From assembly GCF_022846255.1 (NCBI RefSeq), contig NZ_AP025682.1: DNA of 64,000 nucleotides. One strand, given 5' to 3'. Source of the DNA: Escherichia coli (GTDB lineage: Bacteria > Pseudomonadota > Gammaproteobacteria > Enterobacterales > Enterobacteriaceae). The notes under the pieces were generated by a model, which searched no databases, had not been told where the DNA came from, and saw only the letters and a program-made list of their open reading frames with translations. Shown piece after piece: positions 46,819 to 57,749 of this stretch (within the stretch, counting starts at the first letter, position 1; each line of letters begins with the position of its first letter). The position numbers were made by a program, and so were the translations under genes.

Positions 46819-47124
46819 TTGAAAATACAGGCTACCCGGCGAAGGCTGCTCACCGACCGAGGTTTCACCTTTTTCACTAACGAACGCTACAGCAGCAGGC
46901 GCTACGCGCTGATAAAATTTGCCGATAAAGGTTTGGTGGTCGCGCAATATATTCGTAACCGTCGTCTCGATTTTTGTGCAGATGCGATTCGCCATGCCGC
47001 AGATGATGAAAAACTGGCAGGCATTGGCTTTCATTGGGGATTTTCCGACCAGAGTCATTTTTCAACGGTATTTAAACAACGCTTTGGGATGACGCCAGGC
47101 GAGAATCGGCGTAAATTCCGCTAA
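46819..47124 (+). pseudogene. feaR: AraC-family regulator, C-terminal HTH fragment (likely feaR remnant)
   Basis: 101-codon ORF ending in an AraC-type second HTH (GFHWGFSDQSHFSTVFKQRFGMTPGENRRKF); no N-terminal domain; adjacent to ydbL as feaR is in K-12. Confidence 0.5.
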
Positions 47125-47161
47125 CTAATTCGCGTTGCATGTACAGCAACGCGAATTAGTT
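47123..47161. repeat. perfect 16-bp inverted repeat (hairpin) spanning the feaR-fragment stop
   Basis: AACTAATTCGCGTTGC-ATGTACA-GCAACGCGAATTAGTT; no flanking U-tract on either strand. Confidence 0.6.
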
Positions 47162-47295
47162 AAAACAGATATTTGACTATGCATTTTTCAGGGCAAAAGA
47201 CAATTTGGCAGGAATTTTTGAATAATCATCTTATTTCCGGAAAATAGATTAATCGCCTTCTCCTGTAGCGTTATCCCGATATTGCGGTTTTGCTA

Positions 47296-47622
47296 TTAAA
47301 ATTTTCGCACCCATTTACCGTTTATCCCTTGTACATATTCCCCGGGTTTGGCCCGTTCTACGAGCTTTTGCCCGGCGAGTTTCGCGATATCATCCACCGA
47401 CACATTATTTTGCTTTGCCAGTTGTTGATAGCTCGCTTTACGTTCGGCATTGATGTCGGTTACTAATTTCTCAGTTTCAGCATCTGTTTTCAGCGCAACC
47501 AGATAACCATAAAATGTTTCGCCTACCCGCCCCTGAGTTCTGGCTTCATCCAGAGTCAATGCCATTACATTGCTGCTTACCAAGCCAACAAGAAATGCAC
47601 AAAGAAGTAATGTTCTTTTCAT
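47296..47622 (-). CDS. ydbL: YdbL (DUF1318) periplasmic protein, 108 aa
   Basis: ORF track 47296..47703; start placed at MKRTLLLCAFLVGLVSSNVMA signal peptide with GAGGTG RBS. Confidence 0.88.
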   Translation of the reverse strand: MKRTLLLCAFLVGLVSSNVMALTLDEARTQGRVGETFYGYLVALKTDAETEKLVTDINAERKASYQQLAKQNNVSVDDIAKLAGQKLVERAKPGEYVQGINGKWVRKF

Positions 47623-47629
47623 CATCACC

Positions 47630-47815
47630 TCAAAAAAGATCGCTACGGGTCTCAAGCAGCTCTTCGACATCTTTGTCTGCCTTGATGATGATCTCATGCT
47701 CAATTTTAACGTTCATATTGATAGTGATCGGTTCCTTAGGTGCAGCGACTTCAATGCGAGGCGTACAGCCAACCAGCATAAAAGATGACGTCAACGCAGC
47801 CAGTAAAATTTTCAT
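47630..47815 (-). CDS. ynbE: YnbE lipoprotein (61 aa)
   Basis: ORF track; lipobox LVGC. Confidence 0.88.
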   Translation of the reverse strand: MKILLAALTSSFMLVGCTPRIEVAAPKEPITINMNVKIEHEIIIKADKDVEELLETRSDLF

Positions 47816-50451
47816 TGTTTATCCTCACACTCTTTTCCTTGCGGACAGTCATTTCCCGGTAGACGCGCGTTCTGCTCCAGCCATGCCTGGAGATTATCGC
47901 CAAAGCGTAAACTGCGCCACAGCGTAAAAATATTCTCTTCATGATGGTAATTAATATTTACCGTACCGCTTTTACCATCAACGCGACTGGTACCTGTAAT
48001 ATTGGCCTGCATGGTTAATAAACCGAGATTATCTAAATTAATTTTTGTCGATGAACGGCTAATTTCCATATAGCGCAACCAGTTAATTGCTGAACCCGCG
48101 GTCATATTGTCTTTCACCACCGCATCTGCGGTGTCTTTATCCAGCCGCAAGGTCATCGGCCCGCTATTTGCCAGCCAGCCGTCTTTCACAATCCATTTTT
48201 CGTTGTTTAGCCATAACGGCAATGCACCACTAAATGCCCCGGACATGGCGAATTGTTTCGGATTGACGGCGCTAACCAGTTCGCTGGAGGAAAGATTATT
48301 CAGCCGCAACAGCGCCGGGTCATGTTGCGGCATACGTAATTGTTTCATCAGCACGTTACCGCCTAACACATCGACGCTAACATCAGTCAACAGCAATGGT
48401 TCTTCTTCAGTCCACGGATAACGCCCTTGCAAATCAGCCGTAATATTTTTCGCTGTAACCAGATTAATCACTTCGGCAATTCGCAACGTAACGGGACCGC
48501 GAGTCCCCAGATGCCAGGCTCCATCGGCAAAACGGAAAGGCAGGACAAAATCGACACCGTTAACCTGATTATCTGGCATCCAGGCACTACCGCCTTTCAA
48601 CACGCCGTGCCCTCCCGCGCGGAATCCTTGTTCGGGCGCTGCTGAAAATGCAACCTGAGCATACAGTTCACCATCGCGTAAGTTCATCTTCCAGTCGGGT
48701 GGCACCAACGGCTGGAATACAGTCAGTGATTGTTTAGGCCACCAGGCGTTACCGCGCAGACGAATACCGTCCCAGCGACCATTTACCCGAACCGGGCCAA
48801 TCTCACCAGCATGTAAATCGCCTTTAAAGAGGAAATACGTCGGATCGCGCCCATCGACGCTAAATTTTAAGGTTGATGGCGGTAACACACTGCCGCCAGT
48901 GAACAGCGTTTGCCCGGCGTCCAGTGACAGCGCGCCGCTGAAGGAGGGATGCTGTGCGTCACGTCCCCAGACGACGGGCTTGTCGAGAATTAATCGCGGC
49001 TTTTCTACCGTCATCGTACCGTATTGTAACTGGTCGAAACCGGTGGAGAGATCGGTCAGCGTAATCGTGCTGTCATGCCACTCACCTTTTCCTGCGACAT
49101 CCCAGGTGGCATTCATCGGTGTAAAACTCCCTTTTCCCCAGTAGCGCCACTGCCAGCGGCCAGCGTCAGGGAGAAAATCATTCGCCAGCCCATCCATATG
49201 CAGCACGAAATCGCCCAGTTCATTTTCATGCGCCTGCAAAATGGCCTGCAAACGTCCGTCAACACCACGTTGGGTGACTTTTACACCCGCTAAAGGCCAG
49301 CGGATTTCATCGATGTCCAGCGAATCAATGACTCTTCCCTTTGAACGAAGTAACGCGCCAGGCTCAAAGGTCAGCGTTGGGTCAGACAGACTTCCACTTA
49401 GCTGCGCAGGTAAACGGGCATATAAAATGAGGTCCGCCTGTTTCGCTTCACCGGTCAGCTGCAGAGGCAGCTGGCTGTTATCCATGCTTAATTTTCCTGG
49501 GCCAAAATTTAACACCGCGTTGCCTTTACCCGCTTGCCCCTGGGTCAGCACACTCAGTCGCCCGCTGACCAGAGCGTTCTCGAGCCCTGCCTGCCAGTTG
49601 TCGACTTTAACACCCAGTCGGCCACTCAAAGGAAAACCTGCATACGGCCAGCTCCAGCGACCATCGCTTACGGTCAATTGTTGACGAGTAATTTGCCACG
49701 GCAAATCGAGCAACGGATCGCCGTTATCCCGTGCCAGCACAATCAATTGCCCGCTATTTTCCTGCCAGTCCAGCTCGGCATCCACCAGTGACGGTTCCTG
49801 CGGCAAGTTTAACGTCGCAGTAGCATGACCACTTACCGGAAGTCCATCCGGCACGAGCGGCATAGTAAATTCCCCCACCAGTTTTACCGGCGGCTGATTT
49901 TCAAACGCGGCGACATCCAGTTCGCTGACTGTAAGTTGTTGCCCTTTCAGCTGGCCTTGAAATTTAACTTTTTCGCCCTGATAACGCAGTTGCTGGATAT
50001 CGGAGGTTAATGCGAGAGAGAGTTTTCCCTGCCATTCCTGCCAGGGAGAAAAAATCAGTTTATCGATATTGATCCAGGTGTTAGGCAGCATGGACTGCCA
50101 CTGCGCGAGGGTTTTTGGAGCGGCTGGCGATTGTTCCGCCTGCGGCAATTTCGCCAGACAAGCAGAATCAAGTTCTACCGTGCCGACGTTCAATAACCAG
50201 CGGCTGGGATGTGAAAGGCTGGCGTTGGTGATATGCGCAAGCTGACAATCTCCCACCAGATAACGGAGATCGGGGATGATTAAACCTTTACGCGTAATGC
50301 GTGGGCTTTCATCTAATGCAATACGTGTCCCGAGCGGTAGCCAGATGCCCGCCAGCGTGGGAACCCACAGCCCGAGCGTCATCAGCAGCGTCAACGGCAC
50401 AAGAATAATCAGTAATAACAGCGCGAGAACGGCTTTATATTTACCCAGCAT
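47812..50451 (-). CDS. ydbH: YdbH, AsmA-like large envelope protein (879 aa)
   Basis: ORF track; N-terminal membrane anchor; operon with ynbE-ydbL. Confidence 0.9.
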   Translation of the reverse strand: MLGKYKAVLALLLLIILVPLTLLMTLGLWVPTLAGIWLPLGTRIALDESPRITRKGLIIPDLRYLVGDCQLAHITNASLSHPSRWLLNVGTVELDSACLAKLPQAEQSPAAPKTLAQWQSMLPNTWINIDKLIFSPWQEWQGKLSLALTSDIQQLRYQGEKVKFQGQLKGQQLTVSELDVAAFENQPPVKLVGEFTMPLVPDGLPVSGHATATLNLPQEPSLVDAELDWQENSGQLIVLARDNGDPLLDLPWQITRQQLTVSDGRWSWPYAGFPLSGRLGVKVDNWQAGLENALVSGRLSVLTQGQAGKGNAVLNFGPGKLSMDNSQLPLQLTGEAKQADLILYARLPAQLSGSLSDPTLTFEPGALLRSKGRVIDSLDIDEIRWPLAGVKVTQRGVDGRLQAILQAHENELGDFVLHMDGLANDFLPDAGRWQWRYWGKGSFTPMNATWDVAGKGEWHDSTITLTDLSTGFDQLQYGTMTVEKPRLILDKPVVWGRDAQHPSFSGALSLDAGQTLFTGGSVLPPSTLKFSVDGRDPTYFLFKGDLHAGEIGPVRVNGRWDGIRLRGNAWWPKQSLTVFQPLVPPDWKMNLRDGELYAQVAFSAAPEQGFRAGGHGVLKGGSAWMPDNQVNGVDFVLPFRFADGAWHLGTRGPVTLRIAEVINLVTAKNITADLQGRYPWTEEEPLLLTDVSVDVLGGNVLMKQLRMPQHDPALLRLNNLSSSELVSAVNPKQFAMSGAFSGALPLWLNNEKWIVKDGWLANSGPMTLRLDKDTADAVVKDNMTAGSAINWLRYMEISRSSTKINLDNLGLLTMQANITGTSRVDGKSGTVNINYHHEENIFTLWRSLRFGDNLQAWLEQNARLPGNDCPQGKECEDKQ

Positions 50452-50658
50452 GGGTAGTTAATATCCTGATTTAGCGAAAAATTAAGCATTCAATACGGGT
50501 ATTGTGGCATGTTTAACCGTTCAGTTGAAGGTTGCGCCTACACTAAGCATAGTTGTTGATGAATTTTTCAATATCGCCATATCTTTCAATTATATTTGAA
50601 ATTTTGTAAAATATTTTTAGTAGCTTAAATGTGATTCAACATCACTGGAGAAAGTCTT

Positions 50659-51648
50659 ATGAAACTCGCCGTTTATAGCACAAAACAGTACGACAAGAAG
50701 TACCTGCAACAGGTGAACGAGTCCTTTGGCTTTGAGCTGGAATTTTTTGACTTTCTGCTGACGGAAAAAACCGCTAAAACTGCCAATGGCTGCGAAGCGG
50801 TATGTATTTTCGTAAACGATGACGGCAGCCGCCCGGTGCTGGAAGAGCTGAAAAAGCACGGCGTTAAATATATCGCCCTGCGCTGTGCCGGTTTCAATAA
50901 CGTCGACCTTGACGCGGCAAAAGAACTGGGGCTCAAAGTAGTCCGTGTTCCAGCCTATGATCCAGAGGCCGTTGCTGAACACGCCATCGGTATGATGATG
51001 ACGCTGAACCGCCGTATTCACCGCGCGTATCAGCGTACCCGTGACGCTAACTTCTCTCTGGAAGGTCTGACCGGCTTTACTATGTATGGCAAAACGGCAG
51101 GCGTTATCGGTACCGGTAAAATCGGTGTGGCGATGCTGCGCATTCTGAAAGGTTTTGGTATGCGTCTGCTGGCGTTCGATCCATATCCAAGTGCGGCGGC
51201 GCTGGAACTCGGTGTGGAGTATGTCGATCTGCCAACCCTGTTCTCTGAATCAGACGTTATCTCTCTGCACTGCCCGCTGACACCGGAAAACTACCATCTG
51301 TTGAACGAAGCCGCCTTCGATCAGATGAAAAATGGCGTGATGATCGTCAATACCAGTCGCGGTGCATTGATTGATTCTCAGGCGGCAATTGAAGCGCTGA
51401 AAAATCAGAAAATTGGTTCGTTGGGTATGGACGTGTATGAGAACGAACGCGATCTGTTCTTTGAAGATAAATCCAACGACGTGATCCAGGATGACGTATT
51501 CCGTCGCTTGTCTGCCTGCCACAATGTGCTGTTTACCGGGCACCAGGCATTCCTGACAGCAGAAGCTCTGACCAGTATTTCTCAGACTACGCTGCAAAAC
51601 TTAAGCAATCTGGAAAAAGGCGAAACCTGCCCGAACGAACTGGTTTAA
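50659..51648 (+). CDS. ldhA: fermentative D-lactate dehydrogenase (329 aa)
   Basis: ORF track; D-2-hydroxyacid dehydrogenase NAD motif GVIGTGKIG. Confidence 0.95.
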   Translation: MKLAVYSTKQYDKKYLQQVNESFGFELEFFDFLLTEKTAKTANGCEAVCIFVNDDGSRPVLEELKKHGVKYIALRCAGFNNVDLDAAKELGLKVVRVPAYDPEAVAEHAIGMMMTLNRRIHRAYQRTRDANFSLEGLTGFTMYGKTAGVIGTGKIGVAMLRILKGFGMRLLAFDPYPSAAALELGVEYVDLPTLFSESDVISLHCPLTPENYHLLNEAAFDQMKNGVMIVNTSRGALIDSQAAIEALKNQKIGSLGMDVYENERDLFFEDKSNDVIQDDVFRRLSACHNVLFTGHQAFLTAEALTSISQTTLQNLSNLEKGETCPNELV

Positions 51649-51655
51649 TCTTCCC

Positions 51656-51683
51656 GCTCCCCTGCATTCCAGGGGAGCTTATT
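51656..51683 (+). terminator. putative terminator of ldhA
   Basis: GCTCCCCTG-CATTC-CAGGGGAGC hairpin followed by TTATT. Confidence 0.5.
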
Positions 51684-51758
51684 CAGATAATCCCCAAAGA
51701 CCTTTCATCCTCTATTCTTAAAATAGTCCTGAATCAGAAACAGTAATTGAGAACCACA

Positions 51759-52181
51759 ATGAAGAAAGTAGCCGCGCTTGTTGCGCTAAGCCTGCTGATG
51801 GCGGGATGTGTAAGTAGTGACAAAATTGCTGTAACGCCAGAACAGCTACAGCATCATCGCTTTGTGCTGGAAAGCGTAAACGGTAAGCCCGTGACCAGCG
51901 ATAAAAATCCGCCAGAAATCAGCTTTGGTGAAAAGATGATGATTTCCGGCAGCATGTGTAACCGCTTTAGCGGTGAAGGCAAACTGTCTAATGGTGAACT
52001 GACCGCCAAAGGGCTGGCAATGACCCGTATGATGTGCGCTAACCCGCAGCTTAATGAACTCGATAACACCATTAGCGAAATGCTGAAAGAAGGTGCACAA
52101 GTGGATCTGACCGCGAACCAGTTAACGCTGGCGACCGCGAAACAGACATTAACTTATAAGCTGGCGGATTTAATGAATTAA
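51759..52181 (+). CDS. hslJ: heat-shock lipoprotein HslJ (140 aa)
   Basis: ORF track 51747..52181; start placed at MKKVAALVALSLLMAGC. Confidence 0.9.
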   Translation: MKKVAALVALSLLMAGCVSSDKIAVTPEQLQHHRFVLESVNGKPVTSDKNPPEISFGEKMMISGSMCNRFSGEGKLSNGELTAKGLAMTRMMCANPQLNELDNTISEMLKEGAQVDLTANQLTLATAKQTLTYKLADLMN

Positions 52182-52444
52182 TAGCTGCCACAGCTCCCGG
52201 CGGCAAGTGACTGTTCGCTACAGCGTTTGCCGTTGGGTAATGCACACATCCCAATCGCCGTACCATCCAGTTGGCGGGCAACAGAAAGCGAACCGCCGAT
52301 CATTGCACAATTTGCTTCTCCACTACTGGACATCGACGCTTTTAAACCTGGCGCTACGTGCGCCGCAGTCGCCTGCTGAACAGGTTCACTACTACACGCC
52401 GACAACAATAAAGCGGCACACCCTACCCAAAACGCTGCTCGCAT
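52178..52444 (-). CDS. ydbJ: YdbJ (DUF333) lipoprotein, 88 aa
   Basis: ORF track; lipobox LLSACS. Confidence 0.88.
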   Translation of the reverse strand: MRAAFWVGCAALLLSACSSEPVQQATAAHVAPGLKASMSSSGEANCAMIGGSLSVARQLDGTAIGMCALPNGKRCSEQSLAAGSCGSY

Positions 52445-52717
52445 CTTTTCTTCCTCTGATCTTCAAGCCAAACGACACCGCCATAAATAATAGGCAGCAC
52501 AGAGGGCGGCGTCGAGAGCTGTCCTGCGCGTTGCCCCGCATTTTTACTTTTTTATGGCTATTTTTTTGCCCTCTGTTTGATCAAAACATTCATTACGCTG
52601 ATGTGGGGGACACAAAAGCGAAAATGCAGAAGAAAGCCATTTGCTAAAATTGAACGATTACTACTGGGCGCGCAGCAATTTCGTGCGCCCCTCATTTGCG
52701 CAATGTAAGGGTGTCAT

Positions 52718-55700
52718 ATGATTACTATTGACGGTAATGGCGCGGTTGCTTCGGTGGCGTTTCGCACCAGTGAAGTTATCGCCATCTACCCTATTACCCC
52801 CAGTTCCACGATGGCAGAACAGGCTGATGCATGGGCCGGAAACGGCTTGAAAAACGTTTGGGGAGACACACCACGCGTGGTTGAAATGCAGTCGGAAGCG
52901 GGTGCTATCGCTACCGTGCATGGTGCTTTGCAAACTGGTGCCCTCTCAACATCGTTTACGTCATCGCAGGGTTTGCTGCTGATGATCCCGACGCTGTACA
53001 AACTGGCAGGCGAACTCACACCGTTTGTCCTGCATGTTGCGGCACGTACCGTTGCCACACATGCACTCTCTATTTTTGGCGATCATTCCGACGTTATGGC
53101 GGTGCGCCAGACGGGTTGCGCGATGTTGTGTGCAGCAAACGTCCAGGAAGCGCAAGACTTTGCTCTCATTTCGCACATCGCGACGCTGAAAAGCCGCGTG
53201 CCATTTATTCATTTCTTTGATGGTTTCCGCACATCCCACGAAATCAATAAAATTGTCCCGCTGGCCGATGACACGATTCTTGAACTGATGCCGCAGGCAG
53301 AAATTGATGCTCATCGCGCCCGGGCACTCAACCCGGAACATCCGGTGATCCGCGGTACGTCCGCCAATCCTGACACTTATTTCCAGTCTCGCGAAGCCAC
53401 CAACCCATGGTACAACGCGGTCTATGACCATGTTGAACAGGCGATGAATGATTTCGCTGCCGCGACAGGTCGTCAGTATCAGCCGTTTGAGTATTACGGG
53501 CATCCGCAAGCGGAACGGGTGATTATCCTGATGGGCTCAGCCATTGGCACATGTGAAGAAGTGGTTGATGAATTGCTGACCCGTGGCGAAAAAGTCGGCG
53601 TGCTGAAAGTTCGCCTGTACCGCCCCTTCTCCGCCAAACACTTGCTGCAAGCTCTGCCGGGATCCGTGCGCAACGTGGCGGTACTGGACAGAACCAAAGA
53701 GCCTGGTGCCCAGGCAGAACCGCTCTATCTGGATGTGATGACCGCACTGGCAGAAGCCTTTAATAATGGCGAGCGTGAAACCCTGCCCCGTGTCATTGGT
53801 GGGCGCTATGGTCTTTCATCCAAAGAATTTGGCCCGGACTGTGTACTGGCGGTATTTGCCGAGCTCAACGCGGCTAAACCGAAAGCGCGCTTTACGGTTG
53901 GTATTTACGATGATGTAACCAATCTGTCACTGCCGTTGCCGGAAAACACCCTACCAAACTCGGCGAAACTGGAAGCCTTGTTTTATGGCCTTGGTAGTGA
54001 TGGCAGCGTTTCCGCGACCAAAAACAATATCAAGATTATCGGAAATTCCACGCCGTGGTACGCACAGGGCTATTTTGTTTACGACTCCAAAAAGGCGGGC
54101 GGCCTGACGGTTTCTCACCTTCGCGTGAGCGAACAGCCGATTCGTTCCGCTTATCTCATTTCCCAGGCTGATTTTGTTGGCTGCCACCAGTTGCAGTTTA
54201 TCGATAAATATCAGATGGCTGAGCGTTTAAAACCTGGCGGCATTTTCCTGCTCAACACGCCGTACAGCGCAGCTGAAGTGTGGTCGCGCTTGCCGCAGGA
54301 AGTTCAGGCCGTGCTAAACCAGAAAAAAGCGCGCTTCTATGTGATTAACGCGGCGAAAATCGCCCGCGAATGTGGCCTGGCGGCTCGTATTAATACCGTC
54401 ATGCAGATGGTTTTTTTCCATCTGACGCAGATTCTGCCTGGCGATAGCGCCCTGGCAGAATTGCAGGGTGCGATTGCCAAAAGTTACAGTAGCAAAGGCC
54501 AGGATCTGGTGGAACGCAACTGGCAGGCTCTGGCGCTAGCACGTGAATCCGTAGAAGAAGTTCCACTGCAGCCAGTTAATCCGCATAGCGCCAATCGACC
54601 GCCAGTGGTTTCCGATGCCGCTCCTGATTTCGTGAAAACCGTAACCGCTGCGATGCTCGCGGGGCTTGGCGACGCCCTCCCCGTTTCGGCACTGCCGCCA
54701 GACGGCACCTGGCCGATGGGCACCACGCGCTGGGAAAAACGCAATATCGCCGAAGAGATCCCCATCTGGAAAGAGGAACTCTGTACGCAATGTAACCACT
54801 GTGTCGCCGCTTGCCCACACTCAGCTATTCGCGCAAAAGTGGTACCGCCTGAAGCGATGGAAAACGCCCCTGCCAGCCTGCATTCGCTGGATGTGAAATC
54901 GCGTGATATGCGCGGGCAGAAATATGTCTTGCAGGTGGCTCCGGAAGATTGCACCGGTTGTAACTTGTGCGTCGAAGTTTGCCCGGCGAAAGACCGTCAG
55001 AATCCAGAGATTAAAGCCATCAATATGATGTCGCGCCTGGAACATGTCGAAGAAGAGAAAATCAATTACGATTTCTTCCTCAACCTGCCAGAAATCGACC
55101 GTAGCAAACTGGAACGTATTGATATTCGTACATCGCAGCTGATTACACCGCTGTTTGAATATTCAGGTGCTTGCTCCGGTTGTGGCGAGACGCCGTATAT
55201 TAAATTGCTGACTCAGCTCTATGGCGACCGGATGTTGATCGCTAATGCCACTGGCTGTTCTTCAATATACGGCGGTAACCTGCCTTCAACACCATATACC
55301 ACCGATGCCAATGGTCGTGGACCGGCATGGGCGAACTCGCTGTTTGAAGATAACGCCGAATTTGGCCTTGGTTTCCGCCTGACGGTCGATCAACATCGTG
55401 TCCGCGTGCTGCGTCTGCTCGATCAATTTGCCGATAAAATCCCGGCAGAATTACTGACTGCGTTGAAATCAGACGCCACGCCAGAGGTTCGTCGTGAACA
55501 GGTTGCAGCTTTACGCCAGCAACTCAACGATGTTGCTGAAGCACATGAACTGCTGCGTGACGCAGATGCCCTGGTGGAAAAATCAATCTGGCTGATTGGT
55601 GGCGATGGCTGGGCTTACGATATCGGCTTTGGCGGTCTGGATCATGTATTGAGTTTGACGGAAAACGTCAACATTCTGGTGCTGGATACGCAATGCTATT

Positions 55701-56242
55701 CCAACACCGGTGGTCAGGCGTCGAAAGCGACACCGCTGGGTGCAGTAACTAAGTTTGGCGAGCACGGCAAACGTAAAGCGCGTAAAGATCTTGGCGTCAG
55801 TATGATGATGTACGGTCATGTTTATGTGGCGCAGATTTCTCTCGGCGCGCAGCTGAACCAGACGGTGAAAGCGATTCAGGAAGCGGAAGCGTATCCGGGG
55901 CCATCGCTGATCATCGCTTATAGCCCATGTGAAGAGCATGGTTACGATCTGGCACTCAGCCACGATCAGATGCGCCAACTCACTGCTACCGGCTTCTGGC
56001 CGTTATATCGCTTCGATCCTCGTCGTGCCGATGAAGGCAAACTGCCGCTGGCGCTGGATTCACGCCCGCCGTCAGAAGCACTGGAAGAAACGTTACTTCA
56101 CGAGCAGCGTTTCCGTCGTCTGAATTCGCAGCAGCCAGAAGTGGCAGAACAGTTATGGAAAGATGCTGCAGCTGATTTGCAAAAGCGCTATGACTTCCTG
56201 GCACAAATGGCCGGAAAAGCGGAAAAAAGCAACACCGATTAA
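52718..56242 (+). CDS. ydbK: pyruvate:flavodoxin/ferredoxin oxidoreductase (1174 aa)
   Basis: ORF track; two 4Fe-4S ferredoxin CxxCxxCxxxCP motifs and TPP-binding domain. Confidence 0.95.
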   Translation: MITIDGNGAVASVAFRTSEVIAIYPITPSSTMAEQADAWAGNGLKNVWGDTPRVVEMQSEAGAIATVHGALQTGALSTSFTSSQGLLLMIPTLYKLAGELTPFVLHVAARTVATHALSIFGDHSDVMAVRQTGCAMLCAANVQEAQDFALISHIATLKSRVPFIHFFDGFRTSHEINKIVPLADDTILELMPQAEIDAHRARALNPEHPVIRGTSANPDTYFQSREATNPWYNAVYDHVEQAMNDFAAATGRQYQPFEYYGHPQAERVIILMGSAIGTCEEVVDELLTRGEKVGVLKVRLYRPFSAKHLLQALPGSVRNVAVLDRTKEPGAQAEPLYLDVMTALAEAFNNGERETLPRVIGGRYGLSSKEFGPDCVLAVFAELNAAKPKARFTVGIYDDVTNLSLPLPENTLPNSAKLEALFYGLGSDGSVSATKNNIKIIGNSTPWYAQGYFVYDSKKAGGLTVSHLRVSEQPIRSAYLISQADFVGCHQLQFIDKYQMAERLKPGGIFLLNTPYSAAEVWSRLPQEVQAVLNQKKARFYVINAAKIARECGLAARINTVMQMVFFHLTQILPGDSALAELQGAIAKSYSSKGQDLVERNWQALALARESVEEVPLQPVNPHSANRPPVVSDAAPDFVKTVTAAMLAGLGDALPVSALPPDGTWPMGTTRWEKRNIAEEIPIWKEELCTQCNHCVAACPHSAIRAKVVPPEAMENAPASLHSLDVKSRDMRGQKYVLQVAPEDCTGCNLCVEVCPAKDRQNPEIKAINMMSRLEHVEEEKINYDFFLNLPEIDRSKLERIDIRTSQLITPLFEYSGACSGCGETPYIKLLTQLYGDRMLIANATGCSSIYGGNLPSTPYTTDANGRGPAWANSLFEDNAEFGLGFRLTVDQHRVRVLRLLDQFADKIPAELLTALKSDATPEVRREQVAALRQQLNDVAEAHELLRDADALVEKSIWLIGGDGWAYDIGFGGLDHVLSLTENVNILVLDTQCYSNTGGQASKATPLGAVTKFGEHGKRKARKDLGVSMMMYGHVYVAQISLGAQLNQTVKAIQEAEAYPGPSLIIAYSPCEEHGYDLALSHDQMRQLTATGFWPLYRFDPRRADEGKLPLALDSRPPSEALEETLLHEQRFRRLNSQQPEVAEQLWKDAAADLQKRYDFLAQMAGKAEKSNTD

Positions 56243-56270
56243 ATGCTCTGGATAAGGATCATCCAATTCT

Positions 56271-56380
56271 AAAAAAAAGCCCGGACGACTGTTCGGGCTT
56301 GTCTTCTTATATGTTGGAAAATCAGTAGCAATGCAATGGCCCAACAGAAAATAAAATCTGTGACAATAAAGGCATATAAC
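56271..56380 (-). ncRNA. micC: MicC Hfq-dependent small RNA (ompC/ompD repressor)
   Basis: Minus strand reads GTTATATGCCTTTATTGTCACAGATTTTATTTTCTGTTGGGCCATTGCATTGC...AGCCCGAACAGTCGTCCGGGCTTTTTTTT; divergent from ompN as in K-12. Confidence 0.85.
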
Positions 56381-56607
56381 CCGCGCAGAATAACGTATAG
56401 AAAATTAAAAGTATAATTTTTATTTTGTATGTGTTATCTCCAATACATTCACCAGACTTATTATCATTTCTGAAGAATTATTTAATTAAGGTTTTACTTA
56501 AGGCGTAACAAATGATATTTATCGGCTAACTGAACTTCTCCTTTAGGATGTTTTCACTCCCCAAAATGGGGATGAAAGGCAAATAAAATAACTAAAGGAT
56601 TTATTCA

Positions 56608-57741
56608 ATGAAAAGCAAAGTACTGGCACTCTTAATTCCTGCCCTGCTCGCTGCAGGTGCTGCACATGCAGCCGAAGTTTATAATAAAGACGGCAACAAA
56701 TTAGATCTGTATGGCAAAGTTGATGGCCTGCATTATTTTTCTGATAATTCAGCGAAAGATGGCGACCAGAGCTATGCTCGTCTGGGTTTTAAAGGCGAAA
56801 CCCAAATTAACGATCAACTCACTGGCTACGGTCAATGGGAATACAATATTCAGGCAAACAACACCGAATCTTCAACAAACCAGTCATGGACCCGTCTGGC
56901 ATTTGCCGGACTGAAATTTGCAGATTACGGTTCTTTCGATTACGGACGTAATTATGGCGTAATGTACGACATCGAAGGCTGGACTGATATGCTACCTGAA
57001 TTTGGCGGTGACTCTTATACCAATGCAGACAACTTTATGACTGGTCGTGCCAATGGCGTCGCGACTTATCGTAATGCTGATTTCTTCGGTCTGGTAAATG
57101 GTCTGAACTTCGCGGTGCAGTATCAAGGTAACAACGAAGGTGCCAGTAATGGTCAGGAAGGCACCAACAACGGACGTGATGTTCGCCATGAAAACGGTGA
57201 CGGCTGGGGTCTTTCCACAACATATGATTTAGGCATGGGCTTTAACGCTGGTGCGGCATACACCTCTTCTGACCGCACCAATGACCAGGTTAACCATACT
57301 GCGGCGGGTGGTGATAAAGCAGACGCGTGGACTGCTGGGCTAAAATACGATGCTAACAATATTTACCTGGCAACCATGTATTCAGAAACGCGTAATATGA
57401 CCCCGTTTGGCGACAGCGATTATGCTGTTGCAAACAAAACCCAGAACTTTGAAGTCACTGCACAGTACCAGTTTGATTTTGGTCTGCGTCCGGCAGTCTC
57501 TTTCCTGATGTCTAAAGGCCGTGACCTGCACGCTGCCGGTGGTGCAGACAACCCAGCAGGTGTTGATGATAAAGATCTGGTTAAATACGCCGATGTTGGC
57601 GCGACTTACTATTTCAATAAAAACATGTCCACCTATGTTGACTATAAAATCAACCTGTTGGATGAAGATGACAGTTTCTACGCTGCCAACGGCATCTCTA
57701 CCGATGATATCGTCGCTTTAGGTCTGGTTTATCAGTTCTAA
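56608..57741 (+). CDS. ompN: outer membrane porin OmpN (377 aa)
   Basis: ORF track; signal peptide, general-porin family, C-terminal ...LVYQF. Confidence 0.93.
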   Translation: MKSKVLALLIPALLAAGAAHAAEVYNKDGNKLDLYGKVDGLHYFSDNSAKDGDQSYARLGFKGETQINDQLTGYGQWEYNIQANNTESSTNQSWTRLAFAGLKFADYGSFDYGRNYGVMYDIEGWTDMLPEFGGDSYTNADNFMTGRANGVATYRNADFFGLVNGLNFAVQYQGNNEGASNGQEGTNNGRDVRHENGDGWGLSTTYDLGMGFNAGAAYTSSDRTNDQVNHTAAGGDKADAWTAGLKYDANNIYLATMYSETRNMTPFGDSDYAVANKTQNFEVTAQYQFDFGLRPAVSFLMSKGRDLHAAGGADNPAGVDDKDLVKYADVGATYYFNKNMSTYVDYKINLLDEDDSFYAANGISTDDIVALGLVYQF

Positions 57742-57749
57742 ATCCCCCT

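Noticed and set aside
46765-47058. 97-aa minus-strand ORF, considered as a possible paaX remnant
   Set aside because: It is antisense to the AraC-family fragment and lacks PaaX-like features.
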